This document shows positions 24,692 to 37,765 of a stretch of 64,000 nucleotides of DNA, piece by piece. The stretch's first letter is position 1. The number at the start of each line of letters is the position of its first letter. Source of the DNA: Chiloscyllium plagiosum (Eukaryota); NCBI RefSeq assembly GCF_004010195.1, contig NW_025215346.1:18636-82635 (forward strand), given 5' to 3'. Under the pieces are notes generated by a model. The model was not told the DNA's origin, did not search any database, and was given only the letters and a program-made list of their open reading frames with translations. Position numbers and translations under genes: made by a program.

Positions 24692-25045
24692 GGTGGCATG
24701 GTGGCTCAGTGGTTAGCACTGCTGCCTCACAGTACCAGGGACTTGGGCTCAATTCCAGTCTCTGGCAACTGTCTGTGTGGAGTTTGCACATTCTCCCCAT
24801 GTCTGTATTGCTTTCCTCCGGGCTCTCCGGTTTCTTCCACAGTCCGAAGATATGCAGCATAGTTGGATTGGTCATGGAAAATTGCCCATAGTGCCCAGGG
24901 ATATGCAGGCTAGGTGGGTTAGCCATGGGAAATGCAGGGTTACAGGGATAGTGTAAGGTGTGGGTGGTATGCTGTTTAGAGGGCAAGTGTAGACTTGATG
25001 GGCCAAATGGCCTCTATCTGCTCCATGGAGGTTCTATAATTCTAT
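24692..25045 (+). mobile_element. HE1 SINE
   Basis: A box tggctcagtgg at 24702-24712, V-domain, tail. Confidence 0.9.
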
Positions 25046-25621
25046 ACTAATTTGCAAGGAATTGATCACATCAGCAATTTCAAGGAGTCTTGACTCTAGA
25101 TAGATGGGTTTTCCAAAAAATAAAGCAGAGCAGGAGGCCCTTGTGTCACTATTCCTGGACCAGGAGGCCTGGGTTCAAGTCCCACTTGCTCTAGAGGTGT
25201 GTAACAACATCCCTGAACTGGTTAATTGGAAAATGTCAATAAAGCAAGCCAGCTCTCAGTGCCATTAGGCAGAGAGATGGGCACCACAAGGGATGCAGTG
25301 CTTTATCTTGCCCCCCTCCAAATCCATTTTGATTTGGTTCTTTTTGGCTCTCCCTAACCCATCCTTCCCTCCCCATAACCCTCACTTATATTGCCCATAA
25401 TGGGTTTTGCTTGTAAATGTCCAATTGACTGCATCAATGATTACCGGTATTGAGGTAAGAGTTAAAAACAGAAAAAAAAAGTCCCTTAGACTTGGTGGTG
25501 GGAAAGTCATTCAGTTGTGTGTGATAACATTTGGAAAATAAAGAAAAATAATAATGCGGACCCAGGGGATGGATATGCAGAATCGGGCTGAGACTAGCCT
25601 ATGTCTGCACACTATTTTGGT

Positions 25622-25834
25622 TAAAAATCACACAACACCACGTTATAATCCAACAGGTTTAATTGGAAACACACTAGCTTTCGGAGCGACGCTCCTTCAT
25701 CAGGTGATTGTGAATGAAGGAGCATCGCTACGAAAGCTAGTGTGTTTCCAATTAAACCTGTTGGACTATAACCTGGTGTTGTGTGATTTTTTAACTTTGT
25801 ACACCCCAGTCCAACACCGGCATCTCCAAATCAT
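25622..25834. mobile_element. Fold-back PLE family C insertion
   Basis: 12-bp TSD cactattttggt at 25610-25621 and 25835-25846; inverted arms of ~80 bp; intact HHR on minus at 25672-25706. Confidence 0.9.
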
Positions 25835-27064
25835 CACTATTTTGGTGTTCAACAATAAATGATGCTCATTTCCAGTCAGGTTTCCTGAGTTATTAGATAA
25901 ACCTAACCATGTTATAAAATTTTACATTGGTTCCAAAATTATCACAAGAGAGGTTGCGTAAACATGTTATATTTCCCATAATCTGGTGATGTTTGGTTTG
26001 TGGCAAATTTCCTGCCCAGATCTAATTTTCTTTGTTTTGTCCAGAGATACAGTCTGAGTCTTCATTTTTTGGGATGCCACACTCTTGAAAGTCAATGATT
26101 CCCTCCGTAGATGTTCCAAGGAGTAAAACAACATGATGTAACTGTCGGCATTTTTTGTTTTCCCTTTTCACCCAGTTGCAAAAACTGTCAAGGTAATCAT
26201 CGTTGATAGCATTGAAATTGCTCCAGTAAATAAGAAGATGCACACTATCCAAACTAGAACTGCACATCAATGAAAAAAGCAAATAGTGAAAGATGCACGC
26301 TGCTTGTCTGCTGAATATTTCTCTTGAAGATAATGGGAAGGGAATGTAAATGAATCACACTGACTACTCCAACCATCTCAGGTGCAGCTAAAATTGGTTT
26401 TAGCATATTTTATGAATGAGAGCAAGGTGAGAAATAAGATGTGTTTATCTACTGTGCATGCTCACCCCAAAACATTAAACTATCCAGTAATGCACAATGC
26501 TTACTTGGATATGTGTCGCAATTTGTCGTCTTAAAAAGGAATGCTATTGTTTCCATTGGAGCAGAAATGAGAATAAATGCCAGTTGGTAACATATTTACA
26601 ATCAGTAATTAAATGTTTACTTGGTAGGTTGTAATACTTGCTATTGTTCGCATCAAAAGAGGATAAGATTAAATACCAAATCTTTGTTCTTGAAGGCCTG
26701 TGGAGACATTTTGATGAAGGGGCTGCCATGGGAACCACAAACCAAAGCAATTATGTGACATGATCACAAGTGTAACATTTGCGTTTCCTATAGCAGTCAT
26801 CTTATGGGTTCTCCAAGGGATATTGCCAGTGCAGCGCTGAATTATGTGCAGCATTACGTTGTGGAATGCACAACTGTAATTACTTTGAGACTACAACAGA
26901 TATTTTTCTTAAAACAACAGCAGAGACTCATCCATTCAGAGTGGGCTAGATTCAAAACATGAAGTTGCACAGACCTTATTCCTTCACTGGAATTTGCAAT
27001 TAACCCATTTTGAAATAATATTGTATCAGCTGATGTAGTTGAAACCACTATAACCTATGAAAAC

Positions 27065-27172
27065 TCTCTTAACTGACCAGAAAAGTGTCATTTTGAGAAA
27101 TGAAGACTTAATTCAGTAAATCTCTTAACTGACCAGAAAAGTGTCATTTTGAGAAATGAAGACTTAATTCAG
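27065..27172 (+). repeat. Perfect 52-bp direct duplication with 4-bp spacer
   Basis: 27065-27116 equals 27121-27172; spacer taaa. Confidence 0.95.
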
Positions 27173-28175
27173 CAATCGTGTATTAGATTTTGGAACGCTG
27201 AGTGGTGTTGAATAGACATAGCGCTAATCGTTACACGTTTTTATAAGAATTTACTAACAGAATTTACATCTACCTCCTCACTCCACAATATTAATCTCCA
27301 GTTAATGACCACCAACTGCACATAATTATTTACATAGTTAACACCAGGGGCCATCTTGTGGTGGTGTTCCTATCCCTAGACTGAGAGGCTCAGGTTCAGG
27401 GCCTACCTGCTCCAGAGCTGTGAAAAACTAAAATGATTCTTAGGGGCCTGGTATGGTGCAGTCCATACCCCTGGATGTCCAGAGGTGTGCAATAATATCT
27501 CTGAATTGGATAGAAAATTAGTTTACCCCAAAAACCCAGGGGCTGTGAAGGAAGAGTTGGTTTGCACCCCTCTCACTAATTTAACAGAAAGGTTGGTCTG
27601 TGTTTGCAATGGGCTTTCTGGATTGAGTGTTGTATTTATGAAGTGTGGACTAGGCAGCAAGTAAATAGTGGATGCTTCCCAGCATCTGAATAACATGGAA
27701 AATGGAAAGGGAACATATGGCAAGAAAGGAAGAGTGAGATCTTTAATGTCAAGAGACGCACATTCAATTTCCCCTTTTAAGGTTTTAACAGCTAGGTGAG
27801 AATGTCACTGCTTAATGGCGAGGACCCATTTTCTGTGCATTTGCATCTCAACCAGTCTCATTCCTCCCAGATACCGGTGAGACTCTGAGCCAATTCCTGA
27901 CTGGAAGGTCTGAGGGGTTACCTGATGAATGAAGCTCCTCAGCATCCACTCCACAGTTCCTCAGCATCCCTGGTACACTCTATGGGTGGGATATCAGCAT
28001 TGGCAAACAACCAGCCTCAATGCATCACCATGTCTGGCTTATAATGTAGTTGCTTCTGGCAACATTGATTTTATTCTTATCATCCAACTTAATGTTCCAC
28101 CATCTACTGTTCACATGACTGTTTTGTATCTCTTCTTAACTGTTAGTTTTCTACTGAAATCATATTTCCAATCTC

Positions 28176-28247
28176 TGTATGTGTGTGTGTGTGTGTGTAT
28201 ACATGTGTGTATGTGTGTGTACATGTGTGTGTGTGTACATGTGTGTG
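28176..28247 (+). repeat. (TG)n-rich microsatellite
   Basis: Interrupted TG repeat. Confidence 0.9.
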
Positions 28248-29118
28248 GTTAAAATAGACAGGTAGAACTAGCTACAAAATCAGAGATTAATTTAGGGAAA
28301 TGCAGGCCACTGCATGGAATAGACTGATAATTTGTGTTTTGCAATTTAACAGTAGAATAATCTGCTAAGGATAATATTCTTAGGTTTTGCCTTTTTCATG
28401 TAAAGTTCATCTTGGAACACATGTATAGAAGTGTCTTATAATTCCTCGATGTTTTATCTTTGATTGGTGATTTACAGAATGATCTGTTAAACTCCAAAGA
28501 GGTGACGGAGAAAGTCTGTTCCTCGGCAAAGCACTGATTCCATTTCATCTCATTTCATTATTAGGCCAGTTCAATCTAGTGTAGGAAACTGTATCCTCTG
28601 ACTGCTCAATATAATCAGTTTCTTTATTTTACTGCTGCTATCACAATGTTTTATAACCCACGTTCCAAAAACTACAGGTATGGCTCCATCCTCACTGGGT
28701 TACTCTGAATTCCTTGGCAGATACTAGAACCATGCATACTGACAACATTAATCACAGAAGCTTGAGATTCAACTCCTCATTTGTGTTGAGCTTTATTATC
28801 AGTTAGGGTGGGAGTCAGCGAAATAAAATTGTCAGCTCCCAGACAGCAAAGCAAATATAGAAATCTGCCAAGGTTCCTGCTTCCAAGTTACAGCATATGT
28901 GAAAATCAGGCAATAACAAGATGAAGCACATCTATCACGTTCCTCATTATCAAGTACTTTGGCTGCAGTCACTGGGTGGAATTTAATAGAGGCAATGGAA
29001 GTCTTAGCTCCCATTGTGATAGCCATGATAAACCCACATCACCTCACCGCTTTTTCAGAAGGCTGGCTGAATTTTGTACCCACCACACTTTACTGGGTAA
29101 CAGCAGGCCTGCCATGGA

Positions 29119-29159
29119 ACATGTGCACACATGTGCGTGTGTGTGCATATGCATGTGCA

Positions 29160-29190
<31 letters not shown>

Positions 29191-29235
29191 ATGTATGTGT
29201 GTTTATGTGTGTGTGTATGAGTGTGTGTGTGTGTC
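29119..29235 (+). repeat. (TG)n-rich microsatellite
   Basis: Interrupted TG repeat. Confidence 0.9.
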
Positions 29236-29509
29236 ACATTTTATTATCTTTTCTCACTTTTAGAAGCTAATAGGCTCACTGTTTAATTCAAGACAATGTG
29301 GTTCATTTAGCTCCTTGTAAAGTGGAAATATTTGGATGAAGAAAAGATGTTCATGAGGCATGGGAACCTTGTTGTGATAAGCTGAGAGAGGCATTGAATT
29401 AAGAATTGAATTAAGGAATCAGTTCACCCCCTTCTCGCCAAAGAACATAGCCATTTGGTGGCATCCCGTCTGGATTTGTAAGAAATAGGGAACCCCTCGC
29501 CTGAGACTG

Positions 29510-30140
29510 GAATTAACAAGGGATTGACAGGGTAGGTACTGAGCGAAGGTTTCCCTTTGTGGGAGAGACAAGAACCAGGGGCTTTATACGACTTTGGTTA
29601 GGCCACATTTAGAGTATTGCATTCAATTCTGGTTGCCACATTACAGGAAGGATGTGGAGACTTTGGAGAGGGTGCAGGAGATGTTTACCAGGATGCTACC
29701 TGGATTAGAGGGTATGAGCTAAAAGGAGAGACTGGACAAACTTAAGTATTTTCTCTGAAGCAGCGGAGGCTGAGAGGAGACGTGATAGAAGTCTATAAAA
29801 TTATGGGATGTATAGATAGGGTTGATGATCAGAATCTTTTTCCCAAAGTTGAAATGTCTAATACTAGGGAGCATGCATTTAAAGTGAGAGTGGGAAAGTT
29901 CAAAGGAGACGTGAGGGGCATATGTTTTACACAGAGAATGGTAGGAGTTTCGAACACGTTGCCAGAGGTGGTGGCCAGGCAGATATGATAGGGGTGTTTA
30001 AGGGGTTTTTAGATAAGCACATGAGTATGCAAGGAATGGAGGAACATGGACCAAGGGCAGGCAGAAGGGATTAGTTTAATTTGCCATCATGTTCGGCTCA
30101 ACATCGTGGGCTGAACAACCTGCACTATACAGTTCTATGT
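29510..30140 (+). mobile_element. CR1 LINE 3' fragments
   Basis: TLVRPHLEYCIQFWLPHYRKDVE; IEVYKIMGCIDRVD. Confidence 0.88.
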
Positions 30141-30174
30141 AAGGGACAGAATGACAGAGACAAAAAGATCCTAA

Positions 30175-30275
30175 TAAGCACAGAAAATGCTGGAGAAACT
30201 CAGCAGTTCTGGCAGCATCTGTGGAGAGAGGAACAGATGTAGTGTTTCAAGTCTGATAAGACTCTTCTTCAGAAT
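30175..30275 (-). mobile_element. PLE family D terminal repeat with HHR core
   Basis: Minus strand CTGAAGA-a-gagtc[ttatca]gactt-GAAA-cacta at ~30240-30272. Confidence 0.65.
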
Positions 30276-31444
30276 AAACACAATTCCTCTTCGTGTCTTG
30301 CATTTCTCTATTCCTCTGTTCTTTCTTACAACTTCGTTCCTTCCTAGAATTCTCTTGCCCGTTAGTTGAGGATGTTTCTTCCTCGCTAGGTAACAGTACT
30401 GTTCTATCTGTTCCTGTATTAATCAGCCACCTCTCTGAATTACAGCAAGTCAAACTCTTATTCCCAACTTGACAAGTGACATGGTGGAATGGTCCCTGGT
30501 GCTCAGAATAGGGAGAGCTGCTTCATCCAAGCATTATTTCAGAACACAGCCCAAGCCCAATGCTGCATTTGGGCAAGTAATCTTGTGTTTCGAATGAGTG
30601 TCACTGACTTTGCCATTTGTAAATGATGTTGTTTTTATTGTCTTTGAATGGAGGGACCTCCAACAGCTTTGATCCATGTGAGCTCTGTGACAGGCTGTAA
30701 AAAGAGCCTAACGAAAGAATTCGCTTATTAGAAGGTTTTAGTGATTTATTTCACTGCTGCGGTGCAAAGTTACTTTTCAACATACAATGACTTCAGCAAA
30801 CACTTCAATTGAAAAAGGAAGGAGATTCAAGATGTTTCAGAAAATATTCTCTTAAAATTCATTGGCTTTCTGAAGAGGTGTTGGCAAACTTCCTTCTGAG
30901 TCTGAATTGTGATTGAAATGATACGTTACTGAAGTGACATAATGTTAGATTTAATTTGATGAATTCGGATCATCTCACTGCAGGGTTAGATGTGAATGGA
31001 AAAGAAAAGGATTTGCCAAAGACATTTCACTGATAATGATACCTCTTTAATGTATGCGCAGTGTGAACAGTAGTTTGCTACAGTCAATTGTTGAACTCCC
31101 AGAGTGCTAACTGCTGCTGCCTCTTGCTTTACACAAGGAAACACTTTAGTTCTTTGCTTCCTGTTGCTGGGTTTTTGTTCCAGTTGGTTTAGCCCCAGCT
31201 GAGCATTTCAAGCCACTTAATCCTTCAGACAATTTAGTTACAAAACCTCAGGAGGGCCTGCCTTTAGTACCTAGAAAGATCTAACTGTCTAATCCCACTA
31301 CAAATAAATCGTAAAGATTTACAGCTATCATTTTGCTGAGCTGTCGTTTTGCTAGTTTACTGAGTACCCATGATTTACGTTTCTCTCTTTATACGTTTCA
31401 GTTATCAGGAAAGCCACTGTCTGTTGAATTTGTAAGATGAATAA

Positions 31445-31639
31445 CGTTAAAAATCAGACAACACCAGGTTATAGTCCAACAGGTTTAATTGGAAGCACAC
31501 TAGCCCTCCACAATCACCTGATGAAGGAGCGTCGCTCCGAAAGCTAGTGTGCTTCCAATTAAACCTGTTGGACTATAACCTGGTGTGGTGTGCTTTTTAA
31601 CTTTGTACACCCCAGTCCAACACTGGCTTCTCCAAATCA
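31445..31639. mobile_element. Fold-back PLE family C insertion
   Basis: 12-bp TSD taagatgaataa at 31433-31444 and 31640-31651; inverted arm 31446-31504. Confidence 0.9.
31515..31549 (+). ncRNA. Minimal hammerhead ribozyme (family C)
   Basis: cac-CTGATGA-a-ggagc[gtc]gctcc-GAA-AGCT-A^-gtg; stem I cac/gtg, CUA site. Confidence 0.78.
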
Positions 31640-31971
31640 TAAGATGAATAAGGTATTCTTCACAATATGTGCAGAGAGTACAATCCAGTTTTCCATGATT
31701 TGAGCTTGGTTGATTGTTCCCTCTTTTCCCAGAAAGAGTGACGATGGTAATGTGGCTCCCCTCATCACTCCTAGCTGGATTTGTGCAGTACCTGTCTGCA
31801 CTCTGTTTGCTGATTATGACCCTGCCTTCCACCAATGTCTACACACATTAGATCTGAAGATTCACTCTAAACCCATGAGGAACAGAAGCCCTTCCTTCTG
31901 TATTTGCTTTTCCCACTGAGGATGCTGCCAGTTATCTTGTGATGATTCATGAATGAAATCTGATCTTTTTC

Positions 31972-32500
31972 TGATTTGGAGACTCTGGTGTTGGACTGGG
32001 GTGTACAAAGTTAAAAATCACACAACACCAGATTATAATCCAACAGGTTTAATTGGAAGCACCAGCTTTCAGAGTGCTGCTCCTTCATCAGGTGGTTGTG
32101 GAGTATAAGATTGTAAGACGCAGAATTTATAGTAAAAGTTTACAGTGTGATGTAACTGAAATTATATATTGAAAAAGACCTTGTTAAGTCTCTCATCTTT
32201 TAGAATGAACACGTTGGTTTCCGTTCATTCATACATAAATCACAAAACATTTTTAAAAGTTACATTCTCAAGTGAAATTTAACAATTGGTGTCATGTCGG
32301 CCCAGATAAGGTATTGAAGGTGTGAGCTTCCCTGTGTGAAACTGTCTGTGCCACAATGGTCAGATTGATTCTAATCTAAAAAACAGACTTACAGAATCTA
32401 ACATGGATTCATTCAGTTTTTGAGCAAAGTAAAATGTAATTCTGCAAGTACAGATTCAGCCCACAAACTTATATGTGCGTGTGTGTGAGGTGGGGGGGTG
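31972..32500 (-). mobile_element. Longer PLE family C 3' region
   Basis: Tail plus pLTR as at 25622 and 31445; HHR at 32060-32094 with a G at the cleavage position. Confidence 0.75.
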
Positions 32501-33744
32501 TCTATTAGCTCTGGCTAATGGTTTGACTGGCTCATTGATCAGGAGAAAACTCAACTTTGTATCTTCTGAGAGTCAATTGATTCTAAAACAGATCACTTAT
32601 TTTGGGCACCTTGTCTGAGTCTATGCAAAATAAAGCTGACTTTAAACAGTAACTTTTTTTTTGCCAAACCTTTCTATTTGTAGGATATTCTCTAAAGGAA
32701 TTGTATTTTAACATGCTTTCTGCTATCTAGATTGCATCCTCGTGAGCTGTAAACTGAGAGTCAACCACACAGGTGTGTGGAGGCACTTTTGTGCTGTCAT
32801 TGTAACTTTGGGTAAAAGTGAATCATGGTGGATGTGGATTGACATCTCACTTACTTATCCGTCTGGATTTCCACTGAGCTGGATTGAGGGGAAAATGACA
32901 ATGGGATCCAATGGTGAGAAATCCCAAAACCATGCCTGAGCTCCCTGAATTAAAGTACCATTTAAGGGCAGAAACTGGTCTGGGTCATGACCCCATACCT
33001 TGACCTTCTAACCTGGGAATGTGCTTTTCATGGCATCATGACAGTGTTTAAGTCAGAGTTCAAGTCAGGAGTGTCATGATCTTTAGGTTGGATAAAGGAA
33101 CCTTTTGAAAGGTAAGTTCAAAATGTTTTACACATACTAGGCTCAGCTACTCCACCCATCCATCACAGTCTCCTGCATCATCAATGCCAAATTATGCCCT
33201 GTATCCATGATTGCATCATGAGGCTTTGGCTGAAATTGCAGGCATCCATTAGTTTGTTGAAACAGCTGGCCACAGGGAAAACATTGCCTAATTGACAGCA
33301 CTGGCCCTCTGATCTCTGCAATGTTTATGCAAAATTAACAGATTTATAGATACTTTAAAGGATCTGCTTGACTAAAACATTTATTGTAAGGAATGTTTGT
33401 TTACGAACTGGCAAGTTATGAACAAAAGCCCCTTTTCATTTTTGTATAAAGGTATTATTTTTAACTCATTCTACTGTCATTACTAGGGTCTTTGGTTCTA
33501 TAAAGTGGGTGAACGGGTAAAGAAGGCATGGGGTTATAGGAGTTGGGTAGTAGGCGGCTTGTGTGGCATGGATGGATCATGGAGACCATGGCTGGGGTGA
33601 AGGAGTATAGGGGCCTTCCTGCTTTATGTATCCAAAATGAAGTCCCGCAGCATTGAGGTGGGCTTTTTAAACAGCCCACCGTGCACCTGGCCGAACGTGC
33701 ACCTCTGACTCCGAACGTTTTCCTGAGTAGATGCTCTGACTGCA

Positions 33745-34085
33745 ACTGGGAGGAAATGATGTCCTAGAGGTGTTATCGCTGGCCTGTTAATCCAGAGAAT
33801 CCAGGAAATGTTCTGGGGAGCTGGGTTTGATTCCCACCATGGCATATGGTGAAGTTTAAATCCAATAAGTATCTGGAATTAAGAGTCTAATGATGACTGT
33901 GAATCTGTTGTCAGGAAATACCCACCTGGTTCAGTAATGTCTCTTAGGGAAGGAAACTGCCATCCTTACTGGTCTGGCCTACATGTGACTCCACAGCAAT
34001 GTAGTTGACTCTTAACAATTAGTGATGGGCAATAAATGCTGGCCTAGCCAGTGATGCCCTCATCCTGTGAATGAATTTAAAAGAA
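33745..34085 (+). mobile_element. Second-family tRNA SINE
   Basis: gggtttgattccc B box, core, tail gatgggcaataaatgctggcc...gaatgaat. Confidence 0.82.
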
Positions 34086-35217
34086 AACACAACCAGCCTT
34101 CTGGAATGAGAAAAAAACAAACATCTGTAGGCATGTTCCTCCCAGGGGAGTGGACTGAGCTCAGAATTTTCTCAAGTCATGTGAAAATGAGAGTTCAGTG
34201 CTAAATTGCCACTGATCTGGAGATGGAATATCTCCATTTATGTCTGATTTGAATTTTATATTCCTACGCAAAGCCACAAATACTCCCCCATCCCTTCCAC
34301 AACCACAGTCCACACTACCTCTACTGTAAGGACAGGGTTAACCAACCCTTGGTGGAATTATACCTATCTTTGCTGTCTGGCTGGACAGAGAGGTGGGAAC
34401 TCTTGTGGTAACCATCCAACGTTCATTCATCCTCCAAACATTCCATGATAGTTTTGCCACTTCCCGTTATTTATTGAGATATTTGTATTAAGGCTCTTAT
34501 AATGATCATTGAATGCGGATGTCAAAGATAATTCATTTCCTGAGATATGGGATGGATTGGGGAGTGGTAACCTCAGGCAAAAATTGCCATTTTGTCTCCC
34601 CTTTTTTTAATGAAAGGAGAGAGCTCCGAGTTTCCGAGAGGAGATTCCACTCAGTGTCGCCCTCAGAAATGTGGAGCCGTGCTTCCATTCAGTGAGTTCT
34701 TTCACAGGACTGTTACAGGAAGGCTCACAATAACCCCACCCCCCCGCCTGTCTTCACAGCAAATGTAAAGGCTCTGGCGTCCATTTTGACAGCTGTTATA
34801 AAAGTACCAGTCCACAAGGGAAGGGTGAGGTCAGGACGCTGGGAGGGTAGAGTTCCATGGATGGATAAGGGCAGAATAGGGTGCCAGGTGAGGAGGATGC
34901 AACTGTGTAGAGTGCCATTTCAGTAGGGGTTAGGTTGTTCAGTGCTCTGGGTGCCATACTGAAAGGTAGCCATGCAGTATTTAGTGTTGATTAGGATGTG
35001 TGGGAGAAATCGGGTTCGGTAATGGGGGGAGGGGTCAGATTGGGTGCAGTCTGTTGGTGTGGGGAAGTGCTGAGGAGAAGATTTCGGAGATTGAGGAAAT
35101 GGTTAGGGGATGTAAGAGCTCTGGGGGAGTTGTTCTTGGCAGTATATAAGCATCGGCTCTGCTAAATACTTAATCAGGTGTTAGATTGTGTATTTAGTAG
35201 TCTAGCTCTTTCTGAGT

Positions 35218-35415
35218 AGGTTTCCTCTGGGTGCTCTGGTGCAGGTTAGGTGGATTGACCATATTGCCCTATATTGCCCAGGGATATCCAGGCTAGTTGG
35301 GTTAGCCATGAGAAATGCAGAGATAGGGGAGTGGATCTTTGGGATGCTCTTTAGGGGTGGGGGCGTGTCGGTGTGGACTCAGTGGGCTGAATGGCCTACT
35401 TCCACACTTAGGCAG
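35218..35415 (+). mobile_element. HE1 SINE 3' part
   Basis: gtgcaggttaggtggattg...gggctgaatggcct. Confidence 0.75.
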
Positions 35416-35483
35416 TTTCCTTCCCTAACAGACATTACTGAACCAGCTGGGTGTTTTCTGACAATGGATTCACAGTCATCATT

Positions 35484-35907
35484 ATAGAGTCAGAGAGTCA
35501 TAGAGACATACAGCATGGAAACAGACCCTTCTGTCCAACCCGTCCATGCCGACCAGATATCCCAACCCAATCCAGTCCCACCTGCCAGCACCCAGCCCAT
35601 ATCCCTCCAAACCCTTCCTATTCATATACCCATCCAAATGCCTCTTAAATGTTGCAATTGTACCAGCCTCCACCATATCCTCTGGCACCTCATTCCATAC
35701 ACTGTGTGAAAAAGTTGCCCCTTAGGTCTCTTTTATATCTTTCCCTCTCACCCTAAACCTATGCCCTCTAGTTCTGGACTCCCCAATTCCAGGGAAAAGA
35801 CTTTGTCTATTTATCTTATCCATACCCCTCATGATTTTGTAAACCTCTATAAGGTCACCCCTCAGCCTCCGACGCTCCAGGGAAAACATCCCCAGCCTGT
35901 TCAGCCT
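35484..35907 (-). mobile_element. CR1 LINE 3' end
   Basis: LNRLGMFSLERRRLRGDLIEVYKIMRGMDK. Confidence 0.92.
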
Positions 35908-36325
35908 ACTGAATTTAAACTTCACCATCTGCAATGGTGAGATTCTACAATTCTACTAGTTTTCTTGATTTCATTGAAACCATGCAGAGTCTCCTTTGTA
36001 AATGGAGAGCTTCAATGGGTTCCAGACACAGTGGCAATTTCAATTCCCAGGGCAATACCTTTTGCTACGATGGGGATTCTGCAGGGTCTGTCTGCACGCC
36101 ATCCACCTATACTGGAATAATGAATATCTGGTTATCACAAAATCCAGGCCATTCCTTATTCCTTATTTCAAAATCAATTAACTTCATACACTGAACCAGT
36201 ATTTAGTTACAGACAGCACTGAGTGTTTGGCCACAGTAACGGAGCCGCTAAAAGGTACTAGAAGTTTATAATCAGTTTTGAACAAGGCAGAGAAGGCAAT
36301 TACTGTATTACAACTACCCACCTCC

Positions 36326-36640
36326 AAGGCACAGTGGCTCAGTGGCTAGCACTGCTACCTCACAATGCCAGGGACCCAGGTTCGATTCCACCCTTGGGCA
36401 ACTGGCTGTGTGAAGTTTGCACATTCTGTCTGTGTCTGTGTGGGTTTCCTCCCATGGTCCAAAGCTGTGCATGTTAGGTACATTGGTCATGCTAACTTGC
36501 TCTGCAGTATCCAGGGATGTGCCAGTTAGATGGGGAATGCAAGGTTTTGGGGATAGTGACTGGGTGGGATGCTCTTTGGAGGGTTGGTGTGGACTTGAAG
36601 GGCTGAATGGTCTCTATTTGTACTGTAAGGATTCTATGAA
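36326..36640 (+). mobile_element. HE1 SINE
   Basis: A box tggctcagtgg, B box ggttcgattcc, V-domain, tail. Confidence 0.88.
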
Positions 36641-37507
36641 TTAATGACACATTACTGGCATCTTGAGAGTAGGCCAACATGTGAGGGGAGTGAAATGAGA
36701 GCAGGTGGGAAAAAGTTGCAGCCCAAGAATACACTACTGAACGAAAACACATGCTGGGCTTAACTTTGCTGTTGACATGGGTGTTTTCAATGTGCACAGA
36801 GCAGTCTGACCGATTAGATTTAGTTTTGTGAAATAAATAAAACTCCCCGTGATGAGAACTGCGCAACATTTTAACTGTAACAAAGCAAAAGTTCTAACAA
36901 ACAAAATTCTACATTCCACTTTCTCAGCTGGGAAAGGGGAAAGAATATTCTGGTCCGATCTGAAAAGAATCCGATTGGTCAAGTAAATGCCAGTCTGCTC
37001 ACCACATCCCCCCGCCCCCCCACCCCACCCCCAACCCCGAGGTTCTCCAGTGTGAAAGAACAGTTGGTTTGGAATGAAACAGTAAGCGTAGATTTGGTTT
37101 CAGTTGCATAGATGCACACAGCTTCTGTACGTCCCAAATAACAGAGCAAGCCACATTACTAGATTTCCACGGCTCAGTTCAGTGTGAGGCAGATCATAAG
37201 CTCAATGCAAGAACAAACTAGCATCTTGCAAACAAAAGAAGCTTCATTATTTCAGAAGCCATTTGTTCTGATATGTCGATACCAGTTTAAAACCTTATTC
37301 ATGTCATGCAGAGAGGTGTTTTGTGCAGATAGATGGAACAATTTGATGCTCACACTGAACCGTGATTGAAACTGCTCTCGTGCTGATTAACAAAGTTCTT
37401 CCTTTTCAGTTTGCCACTTCAGCTTAAATATGAAATATTAACAAAAAAAATGTGACTGTTGTGGTCCGAGAGAATAAAATCCACTGATGTGGAAATTCTA
37501 TTAGCAT

Positions 37508-37622
37508 TTAAAAAATTAATTTACAGGATATGGGTGTCTCTGACTAGGCCAGCATTTATTGCCCATCCCTAATTGCCCAGAGGGCAGTTTAGAGTCAACC
37601 ATGTAGGTCTGGAGTCACATGC
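37508..37622 (-). mobile_element. Second-family SINE 3' fragment
   Basis: ggccagcatttattgcccatccctaattgccc. Confidence 0.75.
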
Positions 37623-37624
37623 AG

Positions 37625-37765
37625 TGTAGTACCAGCTGAGGTTACCATGAAAGTCCCACCTTCTCAACCTGTCTCCTCAAGTCCACGGTGACCCTCAGGT
37701 TAAACCAGTCACCTCTCTCTGTAATGAGAGAGCAGCCTCTGGGACTGTGCTGACTTCACTTTACA
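37625..37765 (+). mobile_element. Unclassified SINE-like repeat (related copies at ~44040-44215 and ~53480-53610 on minus)
   Basis: Shared ggtgaccctcaggttaaacc...ctctctct motif. Confidence 0.45.

Noticed and set aside
24692..24765. tRNA gene
   Set aside because: tRNA-derived HE1 SINE head continuing into the V-domain; the same applies to the other copies
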